Below, in pieces: positions 9,386 through 16,803 of a stretch of 64,000 bases of DNA. A program made the translations under genes and the position numbers. The stretch is from Trueperaceae bacterium (GTDB lineage Bacteria; Deinococcota; Deinococci; Deinococcales; Trueperaceae), in assembly GCA_965213705.1 (NCBI GenBank), contig OZ243913.1:2400001-2464000 (forward strand), in the 5' to 3' direction. The notes under the pieces are model-generated. The model worked only from the letters and a program-made list of their open reading frames with translations. It did no database searches and was not told the origin of the DNA. Position 1 is the stretch's first letter. The number at the start of each line of letters is the position of its first letter.

Positions 9386-10813
9386 CTCTACTCCCACTCC
9401 ATTCTCGACATTAAACACCTCCCGCGCGTCACTCACTTTCCCCGTCACCGCCGCCGCCATCACCATCACCGGGCTCATCAAGACGGTGCGCCCGGTCGGG
9501 CTGCCCTGGCGGCCTTTGAAGTTGCGGTTGGAGGACGAGGCGCAGAGCTGGTCGCCGACGAGTTTGTCCGGGTTCATGGCGAGACACATGCTGCAGCCCG
9601 CGTCGCGCCACTCGAAACCGGCGTCGCGGAAGATTTGGTCGATGCCCAGTTCTTCGCACTGGTACTTGACGATTTGCGAGCCCGGCACGGCGATGGCTTG
9701 GATGCCCTTGGCGACCTTGTGGCCTTTGAGGTATTTGGCCGCCTCGAGAAAGTCCGAAGTGCGGGCGTTCGTGCAACTGCCGAAGAAAGCCACGTCGATG
9801 GGCGTCCCTTTGATGGGTGCGCCGGGCTCGAGCTGCATGTGCTCCAGAGCCTCCGCGATGGCCGCCTTGTCTTTTTCGGCTGCGCCTTCGACCGTAGGCA
9901 CGTTTTCGTCGATGAAAATGGCCTGCCCCGGATTGATGCCCCAGGTCACCGTCGGCGCGATGTCGGCGGCGTCGATGTTCACCACGTCGTCGTAGTGACA
10001 GCCCTCGTCACTGGTGACCGCTTGCCAACGGGCCACCGCCTCGTCCCAGGTTGATGCGTCCGGCGCGTAAGGTCGACCTTTTAAGTATTCGAATGTCGCC
10101 TCGTCCGGATTCACGTAGCCGCAGCGCGCGCCGCCCTCGATGGACATGTTGCAGACCGTCATGCGCTCTTCCATGCTGAAGCGGTCGAACACCTCGCCGC
10201 CGTACTCATACGCGTAGCCAAGGCCGCCCTTGACGCCCAGAACGCGGATGATGTGCAGAATCACGTCCTTGGCGTAAACGCCGGGGCCGAGCCGACCGTT
10301 CACGTTGATGCGCCGCACCTTGGGCCGGCTCATGGCGATGGTTTGGGTCGCCAGCACGTCGCGCACTTGCGTGGTGCCTATTCCGAAGGCAATCGCGCCG
10401 AACGCGCCGTGGGTGGCGGTGTGCGAGTCGCCGCAGGCGATGGTGGTGCCGGGCTGGGTGATGCCCTGCTCGGGGCCGACCATGTGGACGATGCCCTGTT
10501 TGCCGCTGTCGATGTCGAACAAGGTGACGCCGTACTGCGCGCAGTTTTTGCGAAGTTCTTTAATCATGGCGTCGGCGAGTTCGTCCTCGAACGGCTCTTG
10601 GCGGGTGTCGGTCGGGACGATGTGGTCGACCGTGGCGAAGGTGCGCCCCGGCATCCTGACACTGAGACCCAAGTCCCGCAGCATCCCGAAGGCTTGCGGG
10701 CTCGTGACTTCGTGGATGAGGTGGGTGCCGATGAGGAGTTGGGTTTGCCCGTTGGCGAGCGTGCCGACGGTGTGCGCGTCCCAGACTTTGTCAAAGAGGT
10801 TTTGGGTTTTCAT
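9368..10813 (-). CDS. leuC: 3-isopropylmalate dehydratase large subunit
   Basis: [35 protein letters not shown] and SNRNF.GRQG motifs. Confidence 0.97.
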   Translation of the reverse strand: MKTQNLFDKVWDAHTVGTLANGQTQLLIGTHLIHEVTSPQAFGMLRDLGLSVRMPGRTFATVDHIVPTDTRQEPFEDELADAMIKELRKNCAQYGVTLFDIDSGKQGIVHMVGPEQGITQPGTTIACGDSHTATHGAFGAIAFGIGTTQVRDVLATQTIAMSRPKVRRINVNGRLGPGVYAKDVILHIIRVLGVKGGLGYAYEYGGEVFDRFSMEERMTVCNMSIEGGARCGYVNPDEATFEYLKGRPYAPDASTWDEAVARWQAVTSDEGCHYDDVVNIDAADIAPTVTWGINPGQAIFIDENVPTVEGAAEKDKAAIAEALEHMQLEPGAPIKGTPIDVAFFGSCTNARTSDFLEAAKYLKGHKVAKGIQAIAVPGSQIVKYQCEELGIDQIFRDAGFEWRDAGCSMCLAMNPDKLVGDQLCASSSNRNFKGRQGSPTGRTVLMSPVMVMAAAVTGKVSDAREVFNVENGVGVEEVPST

Positions 10814-10829
10814 AAAGACCTTTCTGAAA

Positions 10830-10860
10830 CAAAAAAACCCCTCGAGGGCTCGAGGGGTCG
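10830..10860 (-). terminator. Attenuator terminator upstream of leuC
   Basis: Minus strand CGACCCCTCGAG-CC-CTCGAGGGG-TTTTTTT. Confidence 0.85.
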
Positions 10861-10879
10861 AAGTAGACGATAAAAAACG

Positions 10880-10966
10880 CTACGCGACGACCCTTCCTTC
10901 TAGCAGGACGGTCTGAACGAGGTTGATGACGCGCAAGCGGCGGCGTAGGACTGTGGTTGACAGCAT
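10880..10966 (-). CDS. leu operon leader peptide (28 aa, MLSTTVLRRRLRVINLVQTVLLEGRVVA)
   Basis: Translated by hand; 6 Leu (two CTA) and 6 Val. Its 3' end AGGGTCG is complementary to the terminator 5' flank CGACCCCT. Confidence 0.8.
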   Translation of the reverse strand: MLSTTVLRRRLRVINLVQTVLLEGRVVA

Positions 10967-10973
10967 TGGCCTG

Positions 10974-11002
10974 AGTATAAGAGGGGAGAGGGGGGCTGTC
11001 AA
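10974..11002 (-). promoter_or_regulatory. Sigma70-type promoter of the leu operon
   Basis: TTGACA-17 bp-TATACT, 7 nt upstream of the leader ATG. Confidence 0.85.
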
Positions 11003-11006
11003 CAGT

Positions 11007-11070
11007 AAAGTACCGAGGACCGAGTGAAAAGGACCGAGTGAAAACCACTTTCAACTCTGGACCCAGTACT
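11007..11070. repeat. Empty inverted heptamer-array site homologous to the cassette flanks
   Basis: AGTACCG AGGACCG AGTGAAA AGGACCG AGTGAAA, then CACTTTCAACTC (identical to 9352-9363) and TGGACCCAGTACT. Confidence 0.75.
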
Positions 11071-11233
11071 GTCTCAAACGCCCCCCAGGGGTCACGGTTC
11101 GGAGGCGGTGTCCGCACGAGTTTGAGGGCGACGGGCAGCTTGAGCGCGCCCTGTTTGCGTCCCGGCTTTGCTCGGTTGCCGCTACCGAACCGAGGTGACA
11201 CGCCTTTTCGACCGAGGTGTTATACTTTCCAAA

Positions 11234-11333
11234 GCCCCGTCGGCTCTGCGCGGTGGCGACCCTCGAATCAGGTCAGGTCGGAAGAAGCAGCCTTAAGGGG
11301 TGATCGTCAGGTGCCGCAGAATCCCGGCGGGGT
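11234..11333 (+). ncRNA. ffs: Signal recognition particle RNA (4.5S)
   Basis: Long hairpin with GCCCCG/CGGGG ends and TCAGGTCGGAAGAAGCAGC domain IV motif; TATACT at 11221; T-run downstream. Confidence 0.9.
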
Positions 11334-11336
11334 TTT

Positions 11337-11942
11337 TCAGTCGGAAATTGCCGGGAGGGATTCGGACGCCCAAAGTTTGTAGGCGGCTCGAGCCTTTTTC
11401 TCATGACTACCTGCCCACCTCGGCGCGTCTTGGAGCGGCCAGTAGCGCAAGCTGAGGCCTTCGTGTGAGAGCGTCAGTTCGCCGCCGACTCTTTCGCAAA
11501 GATGAACGACGGCGACCGTTGCGTGAAGGCCGGCGAACTGCCCGGACGTGCGCGTAAACACGCCGACCAGACGCTGCACGCGCACGTCTAAACCCGTCTC
11601 TTCCTTGGCCTCGCGGACGGCGGCGTCCGCGGGCCGCTCGTTCGGCTCGACCCAGCCGCAAGGCAGACACCAGCCGCTGCCGTCACTACGCTCCATCAGC
11701 AACACGCGGCCCTGCGCGTCGAAAATAGCGGCGTCCGCACCTACCTTCGGCGTTATGTGCCCGAGTTCGGCGGAGAGCCTAGCCTTGACCTCGTCTGCGG
11801 GTAAGCTCAGCAGTTCGCTGTAATGACGGCTGGCGAGCTCGAGTAAATACTCGTACCGTTCCAGGTCATAAGGATTGTCGGCGTAGGCGAGACCGTTGTG
11901 GGCTACGGTTTGCACTTCGTCAAGTAAAGAAAGTATATCCAC
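11337..11942 (-). CDS. NUDIX hydrolase with N-terminal Nudix_N-type domain
   Basis: GLAY..NPYD.ERY, TPKVG and G.VEPNE....AAVREAKEETG Nudix box. Confidence 0.88.
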   Translation of the reverse strand: MDILSLLDEVQTVAHNGLAYADNPYDLERYEYLLELASRHYSELLSLPADEVKARLSAELGHITPKVGADAAIFDAQGRVLLMERSDGSGWCLPCGWVEPNERPADAAVREAKEETGLDVRVQRLVGVFTRTSGQFAGLHATVAVVHLCERVGGELTLSHEGLSLRYWPLQDAPRWAGSHEKKARAAYKLWASESLPAISD

Positions 11943-12029
11943 AATTCTGCACTCCAAAATCTCAGAAACGAGCGTGCTACATTTTTTGCGTTTGTATTAC
12001 GTTATCATAAGCTTCAGGAGGAACAGGCA

Positions 12030-12257
12030 ATGGCGAGTATACGTTTAGACCCGGAACTCGAGGCGCAGTTACGACAAGTGGCTGCCAAAAAGGGCTTGAG
12101 TATGTCGGAAGTTCATCGGCAAGCGCTGAGAACTTACGTCGACAGTGAGGCCAAAAACAGCGGGCGTTACAGCGACATCATAGGTATAGCCGAGGGCGAA
12201 GCCGACCTTTCAAGCAGGGTCTCGGAGATGTTTGTAGAAATTCTGACACGTGACTGA
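12030..12257 (+). CDS. Ribbon-helix-helix (CopG-like) antitoxin
   Basis: SIRLD.EL...L...A...G.SMSEV.R.AL; overlaps the PIN toxin start. Confidence 0.8.
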   Translation: MASIRLDPELEAQLRQVAAKKGLSMSEVHRQALRTYVDSEAKNSGRYSDIIGIAEGEADLSSRVSEMFVEILTRD

Positions 12258-12669
12258 CGTTCTTATCGACGCAGGCCCGCTTATTGCTATCCTCAACCGT
12301 AACGACCAACACCACCGAGTATGCGTGGACATCATCCAAAGTCTCGATACGGCTTTTTATACGACGTTACCTGTGATAACAGAAGTGATGCACGTTGCCG
12401 GAGCGCGTTTGGGCTGGGCCGCGCAAGAGGCTTTGTGGAAACTTGTTCTAAGAGGCGACTTTATCCTCGAGTACCCCACCCTACAAGACCTCAGTCGGAT
12501 GCAGGCGCTTATGGCGCAGTACCGCGACCAGCCTATGGATTTTGCGGACGCCTCGCTCGTGGCGCTTGCCGAGAGACTATCCCTCATCAAAGTATTTACC
12601 GTAGACCGCAGAGATTTCTCCGTCTACCGTTTGGAAGGTAAAAAAGCTTTTACGGTTATTGGGCCGTGA
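12250..12669 (+). CDS. PIN-domain (VapC-like) toxin
   Basis: LIDAG, VITE, MDFADASLV and FTVD..DF acidic residues. Confidence 0.88.
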   Translation: MTDVLIDAGPLIAILNRNDQHHRVCVDIIQSLDTAFYTTLPVITEVMHVAGARLGWAAQEALWKLVLRGDFILEYPTLQDLSRMQALMAQYRDQPMDFADASLVALAERLSLIKVFTVDRRDFSVYRLEGKKAFTVIGP

Positions 12670-14184
12670 CTACTCTCCCTCGAGCTTTTCCGGTTTGGCC
12701 CGCCTCGTAAAGCGGTTGATGACCAGGGGCAGAAAAAAGCTAACAAGCGTCAACCCCCACAGTGTCAGGGTAATCGGCCCCGTGAAAAACGTCGTCCAGT
12801 CGCCGTTGCTGTAGTTGAGCGCGCGGCGCAGGTTGACTTCCATGAGTTCGCCCAGCACGAGGCCCAGAATGACCGGTGCTAAGGGGAAGCCCGTCCGGCG
12901 CATGACGAAGCCGAGGATGCCGAAACCCGTCATCAGCAAAATATCGAAGGGGCTGTTGTTGACCGAGTAAACTCCGACGAAACTCAGCGTCGCCACAATC
13001 GGCATGAGTACCCAGCGCGGCACGAGCAGAATGCGGGCGAACAGGCCGACCAGCGGCAGGTTGAGGATGATCAAGACGACGTTGCCGATGTACATGGACG
13101 CCGCCAGGCCCCAAAAGATTTCGGGGTTTTGTTGCATCAGCAGCGGCCCCGGCGTGATGCCGTAACTGAGAAGCGTCGCTAAAATCACTGCGGTCGTGCC
13201 GCTGCCCGGCACGCCGAGCGAGAGCATGGGAATGAACGCGCCCACCGCGGCCGAGTTGTTCGCCGCCTCCGGTGCGGCCACGCCGCGGATGTCGCCCTTG
13301 CCGAAGGTGTCGTCGCGGTCGACGATTTGTTTTTCGGTGCTGTAGGCGATAAAACTCGCAATCGTCGCGCCCGCGCCCGGCAACACGCCGATGAGAAAAC
13401 CCGACACGCTGCTGCGGAGCATCACGCCAAGCGACGAGGTGAACTCTTTCATCGTAATCATCACGCGGCCGCTCAACGCGCGTACTTCTTCGCCCACGAC
13501 CGTCTCGCTTAAAATCTGCAGCACTTCGCTTACCGCGAAAAAGCCGATAACGAGGACCACGAAGTCCAGCCCGTCGTAGAGTTTGAGCTGCCCGAAAGTA
13601 AAGCGCACGGTGGTCCCTTGCGGCTCGAGCCCCACGGTCGCCAAAACAAGGCCGAACAGCGCCGCGGCGAGCGCCTTGAGGGTGTTGCCCGCGGTCAGGC
13701 TAGACAGAGCCGTAAACGCAAAAATCATCAGCACGAAATACTCGGCCGGCCCGAAGCGAATCGCCCACTGCGACAGCAGCGGCGCGAAGAAAATCAAAAA
13801 AAAGATGGACAAGGTGCCGCCCACGAACGAGGCGACGGCCGACATCGCCAGGGCGGGCCCGGCGCGGCCTTGACGAGCCATCGGGTAGCCGTCGAAGGTC
13901 GTCACGACCGACGACGCGGTGCCGGGGACGTTTAAGAGGATGCTCGAGATGGAGTTCCCGTACTGCGAGCCGTAGTAAATTCCGGCGAACATGATGATGG
14001 CCGAACTTGCCGGCAGCGCCAGCGCAAACGTTATCGGAATCAAAATAGCGATGGCGTTAATGGGCCCGACGCCCGGCAACATGCCGATGACGGTGCCGAT
14101 GAGCGAGCCGACGAAGACCAGCAGCAGGTTCGTGGGTTGCAACGCGACCGCAAAGCCCTGGCCCAGGAGTTGAAAGACTTCCAC
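12670..14184 (-). CDS. tctA: Tripartite tricarboxylate transporter permease TctA
   Basis: GMLPGVG, ILLNVPG, DGYPMA.QGR, APEAANN and LGVPGS motifs. Confidence 0.92.
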   Translation of the reverse strand: MEVFQLLGQGFAVALQPTNLLLVFVGSLIGTVIGMLPGVGPINAIAILIPITFALALPASSAIIMFAGIYYGSQYGNSISSILLNVPGTASSVVTTFDGYPMARQGRAGPALAMSAVASFVGGTLSIFFLIFFAPLLSQWAIRFGPAEYFVLMIFAFTALSSLTAGNTLKALAAALFGLVLATVGLEPQGTTVRFTFGQLKLYDGLDFVVLVIGFFAVSEVLQILSETVVGEEVRALSGRVMITMKEFTSSLGVMLRSSVSGFLIGVLPGAGATIASFIAYSTEKQIVDRDDTFGKGDIRGVAAPEAANNSAAVGAFIPMLSLGVPGSGTTAVILATLLSYGITPGPLLMQQNPEIFWGLAASMYIGNVVLIILNLPLVGLFARILLVPRWVLMPIVATLSFVGVYSVNNSPFDILLMTGFGILGFVMRRTGFPLAPVILGLVLGELMEVNLRRALNYSNGDWTTFFTGPITLTLWGLTLVSFFLPLVINRFTRRAKPEKLEGE

Positions 14185-14628
14185 TTAAAAGTACGCCTTG
14201 AAAACGCGCCCCGTCGGCAGCGACACCCCGAGGACGTTTACGAACAGGACGTAAAGCGCCAAACTTACCCCGAGCCCCGTCGCCAGCGCTTGCCAGGGGC
14301 GTGCGCCGAAGCGCTGGCTGACCAGGCCGGTCTCGAGGGTCGTCGCCGCGATAAAACCGATGGGCACGATGAGGTAGGCGTAGGCCACAAAACTGACCAC
14401 CACGATGCCGAGGTCGAGCCAGGAGCGGCCCGCGGGCCAACTCACTTTGAACTTGGAACCTGTCAAAATAATGACAATGCCGACGAGCGCCAACAGACCC
14501 GCGAGCATGAGCGGGAAACTTTTGGCACTTATTGCGCCGCTACCGAAACCGGCTTTGAGGCGGGAGGCCTCAAAGCCGTACAGGGCTGCGAACAGCACGA
14601 TGACCACGCCTGCTAAGCGGTCACTCAT
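14185..14628 (-). CDS. tctB: Tripartite tricarboxylate transporter TctB
   Basis: About four TM helices, FP motif and LGVSLP; lies between tctC and tctA. Confidence 0.85.
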   Translation of the reverse strand: MSDRLAGVVIVLFAALYGFEASRLKAGFGSGAISAKSFPLMLAGLLALVGIVIILTGSKFKVSWPAGRSWLDLGIVVVSFVAYAYLIVPIGFIAATTLETGLVSQRFGARPWQALATGLGVSLALYVLFVNVLGVSLPTGRVFKAYF

Positions 14629-15593
14629 TGCATCAAACCAAGCTCCTCCGAAATGCCGCGAATCTCGGCGACCTGCTCACGCACGAATTGTTCGAACTCG
14701 TCGCCGAACAGGGCGAACTCGGCCAAACCGTTTTGGTCGCGCAGGGTCGCCCACTCGTCGGACGCCGCAACTTGCTGGACTGCGTCTACCCAGTAGTTGT
14801 AAGCCTCGTCCGAGATGCCGGGCGGTGCGTAAAACGCCCGCCAGTTCGCGCCGATGACGTCGTAACCGGCTTCTTGCGCGGTCGGCACGTCGGGCAGGAC
14901 GTCCAGGCGTTCGGGGGCCAGCACGCCCAACACCCGCACCTCACCCGCCTCGACTTGGCTCAGGACCTCGGACGCGTCCCCGGTAAACGCTGAGGCCCGC
15001 CCGCCCAAAACCTCTATCATCGCCGCGCCGCCGCCGTCAAAGGCGATGTAGCGGACGTTTTCCAAGTCGTCCATGCCCGCTTCGTCCACGAGCAATAAAA
15101 CTTTGAGGTGGTCCCAACCGCCTAAAGCGCTGCCGCCCACAAAGGTCGTGTCGCCGGAATTGGCGCGCACGTCTTCGACGAGTTCTTCCAGCGTTTGGTA
15201 CTCCGAGTCCGCCCCGACCGCAATCACGCCGTAGTCCGCGCCGACCGCGCCGAGCCAACGCACGTCGTCCGCGGTGAAGCCCGCATAGACGTTCTGGGCG
15301 AGCCGCGTCGCGGTGGCGATGCTCCCGGCGACGATAAGGTCCGCGTCGTCGGCGCGCTGCGTGACCACGTTGGCGAAGGCGACGCCGCCCCCACCGCCGG
15401 GCATGTTCGTCACACGCATGGCGCCGGGGAAGAGCGACAATTCACGCATCACTTGGGCCGCCGGCACGCGGCAGGTAAAGTCCCAACCGCCGCCGGGGTC
15501 GGCCGGGGCGATACATTCGGTGTTGCCGGGTTGAAACTGGGCATGGGCGAGGCTCGAGACGAGCACCGCCAAAACGAGGACGAATCGTCGCAT
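14625..15593 (-). CDS. tctC: Tripartite tricarboxylate transporter substrate-binding protein TctC
   Basis: Signal peptide, PGGGWD, NMPGGGG and PDVPT..EAG; RBS GGAGG. Confidence 0.9.
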   Translation of the reverse strand: MRRFVLVLAVLVSSLAHAQFQPGNTECIAPADPGGGWDFTCRVPAAQVMRELSLFPGAMRVTNMPGGGGGVAFANVVTQRADDADLIVAGSIATATRLAQNVYAGFTADDVRWLGAVGADYGVIAVGADSEYQTLEELVEDVRANSGDTTFVGGSALGGWDHLKVLLLVDEAGMDDLENVRYIAFDGGGAAMIEVLGGRASAFTGDASEVLSQVEAGEVRVLGVLAPERLDVLPDVPTAQEAGYDVIGANWRAFYAPPGISDEAYNYWVDAVQQVAASDEWATLRDQNGLAEFALFGDEFEQFVREQVAEIRGISEELGLMQ

Positions 15594-15654
15594 CAAAATT
15601 ACCTCCTGGTGAGTTGCGCTGCCCAGTGTATGTTTTTACAAGTGAGGTGTCAAC

Positions 15655-15720
15655 AAAAGCGCCAGTGGCTCGTAGCTTGTGGTTTTCCTACAAGCCACTG
15701 GCTACTCGCTACCAGCTTTT
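15655..15720. repeat. Hairpin built from GT(A/G)GC heptamers at the recR 3' end
   Basis: GCCAGTGGCTCGTAG (15661-75) pairs with CTACAAGCCACTGGC (15688-702); further units TGGCTAC and TCGCTAC. Confidence 0.7.
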
Positions 15721-16309
15721 ACAGAGCGCGCCGGTGCGTGATGGCCCGGCCCAAGGTAACCTCGTCGGCGTATTCCAGGTCGCCGCCGACCGGCAAACCG
15801 TAAGCGATGCGCGAGGTTTTGACCGTCTCTTCGTCCAACACTTTGTTCAGGTACATCGCGGTCGCCTCGCCCTCGACGGTCGTGGCGGTTGCCAGGATGA
15901 TTTCTTCGACCCCGTCTAAGCGGCCGAGCAGCGCTTTGATGGTGAGCTGGTCCGGCCCGACGCCGTTCATCGGGCTGAGCGCGCCGTGCAGGACGTGGTA
16001 CAACCCGTCGTACTCGCCGCTGCGTTCAATCGCCAGCAGGTCGGCGGCTTCCTCGACCACGCAGACTATTCTGTGGTTGCGCGACGCGTCGCTGCACACC
16101 GAGCACACGTCCTGGTCGGTGATGTTGAAGCAGATGCGGCACTGTTTTAAGGACGTTTTGGCCTCGAGCAGCGCCTCGGCTAGGGACCGAATATCCTCTT
16201 CGGGTTGGTTGAACAGGTGAAACGCGAGCCGCTGCGCACTTTTCGGCCCGATGCCGGGCAGCCGCCCGAGTTCGCGAATCAGTTGGATGAGGGCTTGGGG
16301 GTATTTCAT
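15719..16309 (-). CDS. recR: Recombination mediator RecR
   Basis: LPGIGPKSAQR, C4 zinc finger, YHVLHG and GGDLEYAD motifs. Confidence 0.97.
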   Translation of the reverse strand: MKYPQALIQLIRELGRLPGIGPKSAQRLAFHLFNQPEEDIRSLAEALLEAKTSLKQCRICFNITDQDVCSVCSDASRNHRIVCVVEEAADLLAIERSGEYDGLYHVLHGALSPMNGVGPDQLTIKALLGRLDGVEEIILATATTVEGEATAMYLNKVLDEETVKTSRIAYGLPVGGDLEYADEVTLGRAITHRRAL

Positions 16310-16320
16310 AAGGACAGTGG

Positions 16321-16391
16321 AAAGGACAAAGGAGAAAGGAAAAAGGGGGCTCGGCTTATCACTTTCTCCTTTTCACTTTTCCCTTTCTCCT
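16321..16391. repeat. Inverted AAAGGNN heptamer arrays between ybaB and recR
   Basis: AAAGGAC AAAGGAG AAAGGAA AAAGGGG ... CTTTCTC CTTTTCA CTTTTCC CTTTCTC. Confidence 0.75.
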
Positions 16392-16710
16392 AAAAAAGCC
16401 CCCCCATGCCGCCCATGTCGCCTAGGCCGCCCATCGCCGAGCCGAGTTCGCTCTCTTGGAGTTCTTTGGCCTTGCGCTGCGCCTCGCCGACGGCGGCGGT
16501 GACAAGGTCTTCTAAGAGTTCCAAGTCGTCGGGGTCGACGGCGCTTTTGTCGATTTTCACGCCGGTGACGGTGCCGTCGCCGGTCGCGGTGACCGTGACA
16601 AGCCCGCCGCCCGCGCTGCCCTCGACGTTCAAAGCGGCCAGTTTTTCCTGCGCCTCAGCCATTTTGCGCTGCGCTTTTTGAGCTTCTTTCATCAGTTTTT
16701 GAATGTTCAT
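16390..16710 (-). CDS. ybaB: YbaB/EbfC nucleoid-associated protein
   Basis: MK.AQK.Q, G.AGGGLV.V and DLELLEDL..AA; dnaX-ybaB-recR synteny. Confidence 0.95.
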   Translation of the reverse strand: MNIQKLMKEAQKAQRKMAEAQEKLAALNVEGSAGGGLVTVTATGDGTVTGVKIDKSAVDPDDLELLEDLVTAAVGEAQRKAKELQESELGSAMGGLGDMGGMGGLF

Positions 16711-16803
16711 GGGTCTCCTTTGACTCTTCTATCTTAGCCCGAATCGCCTCCTGAAAACGTCGGCCGCTTCGTGAGGTTCGGCGCCGCGGTTTGCGTGTGC
16801 AGC

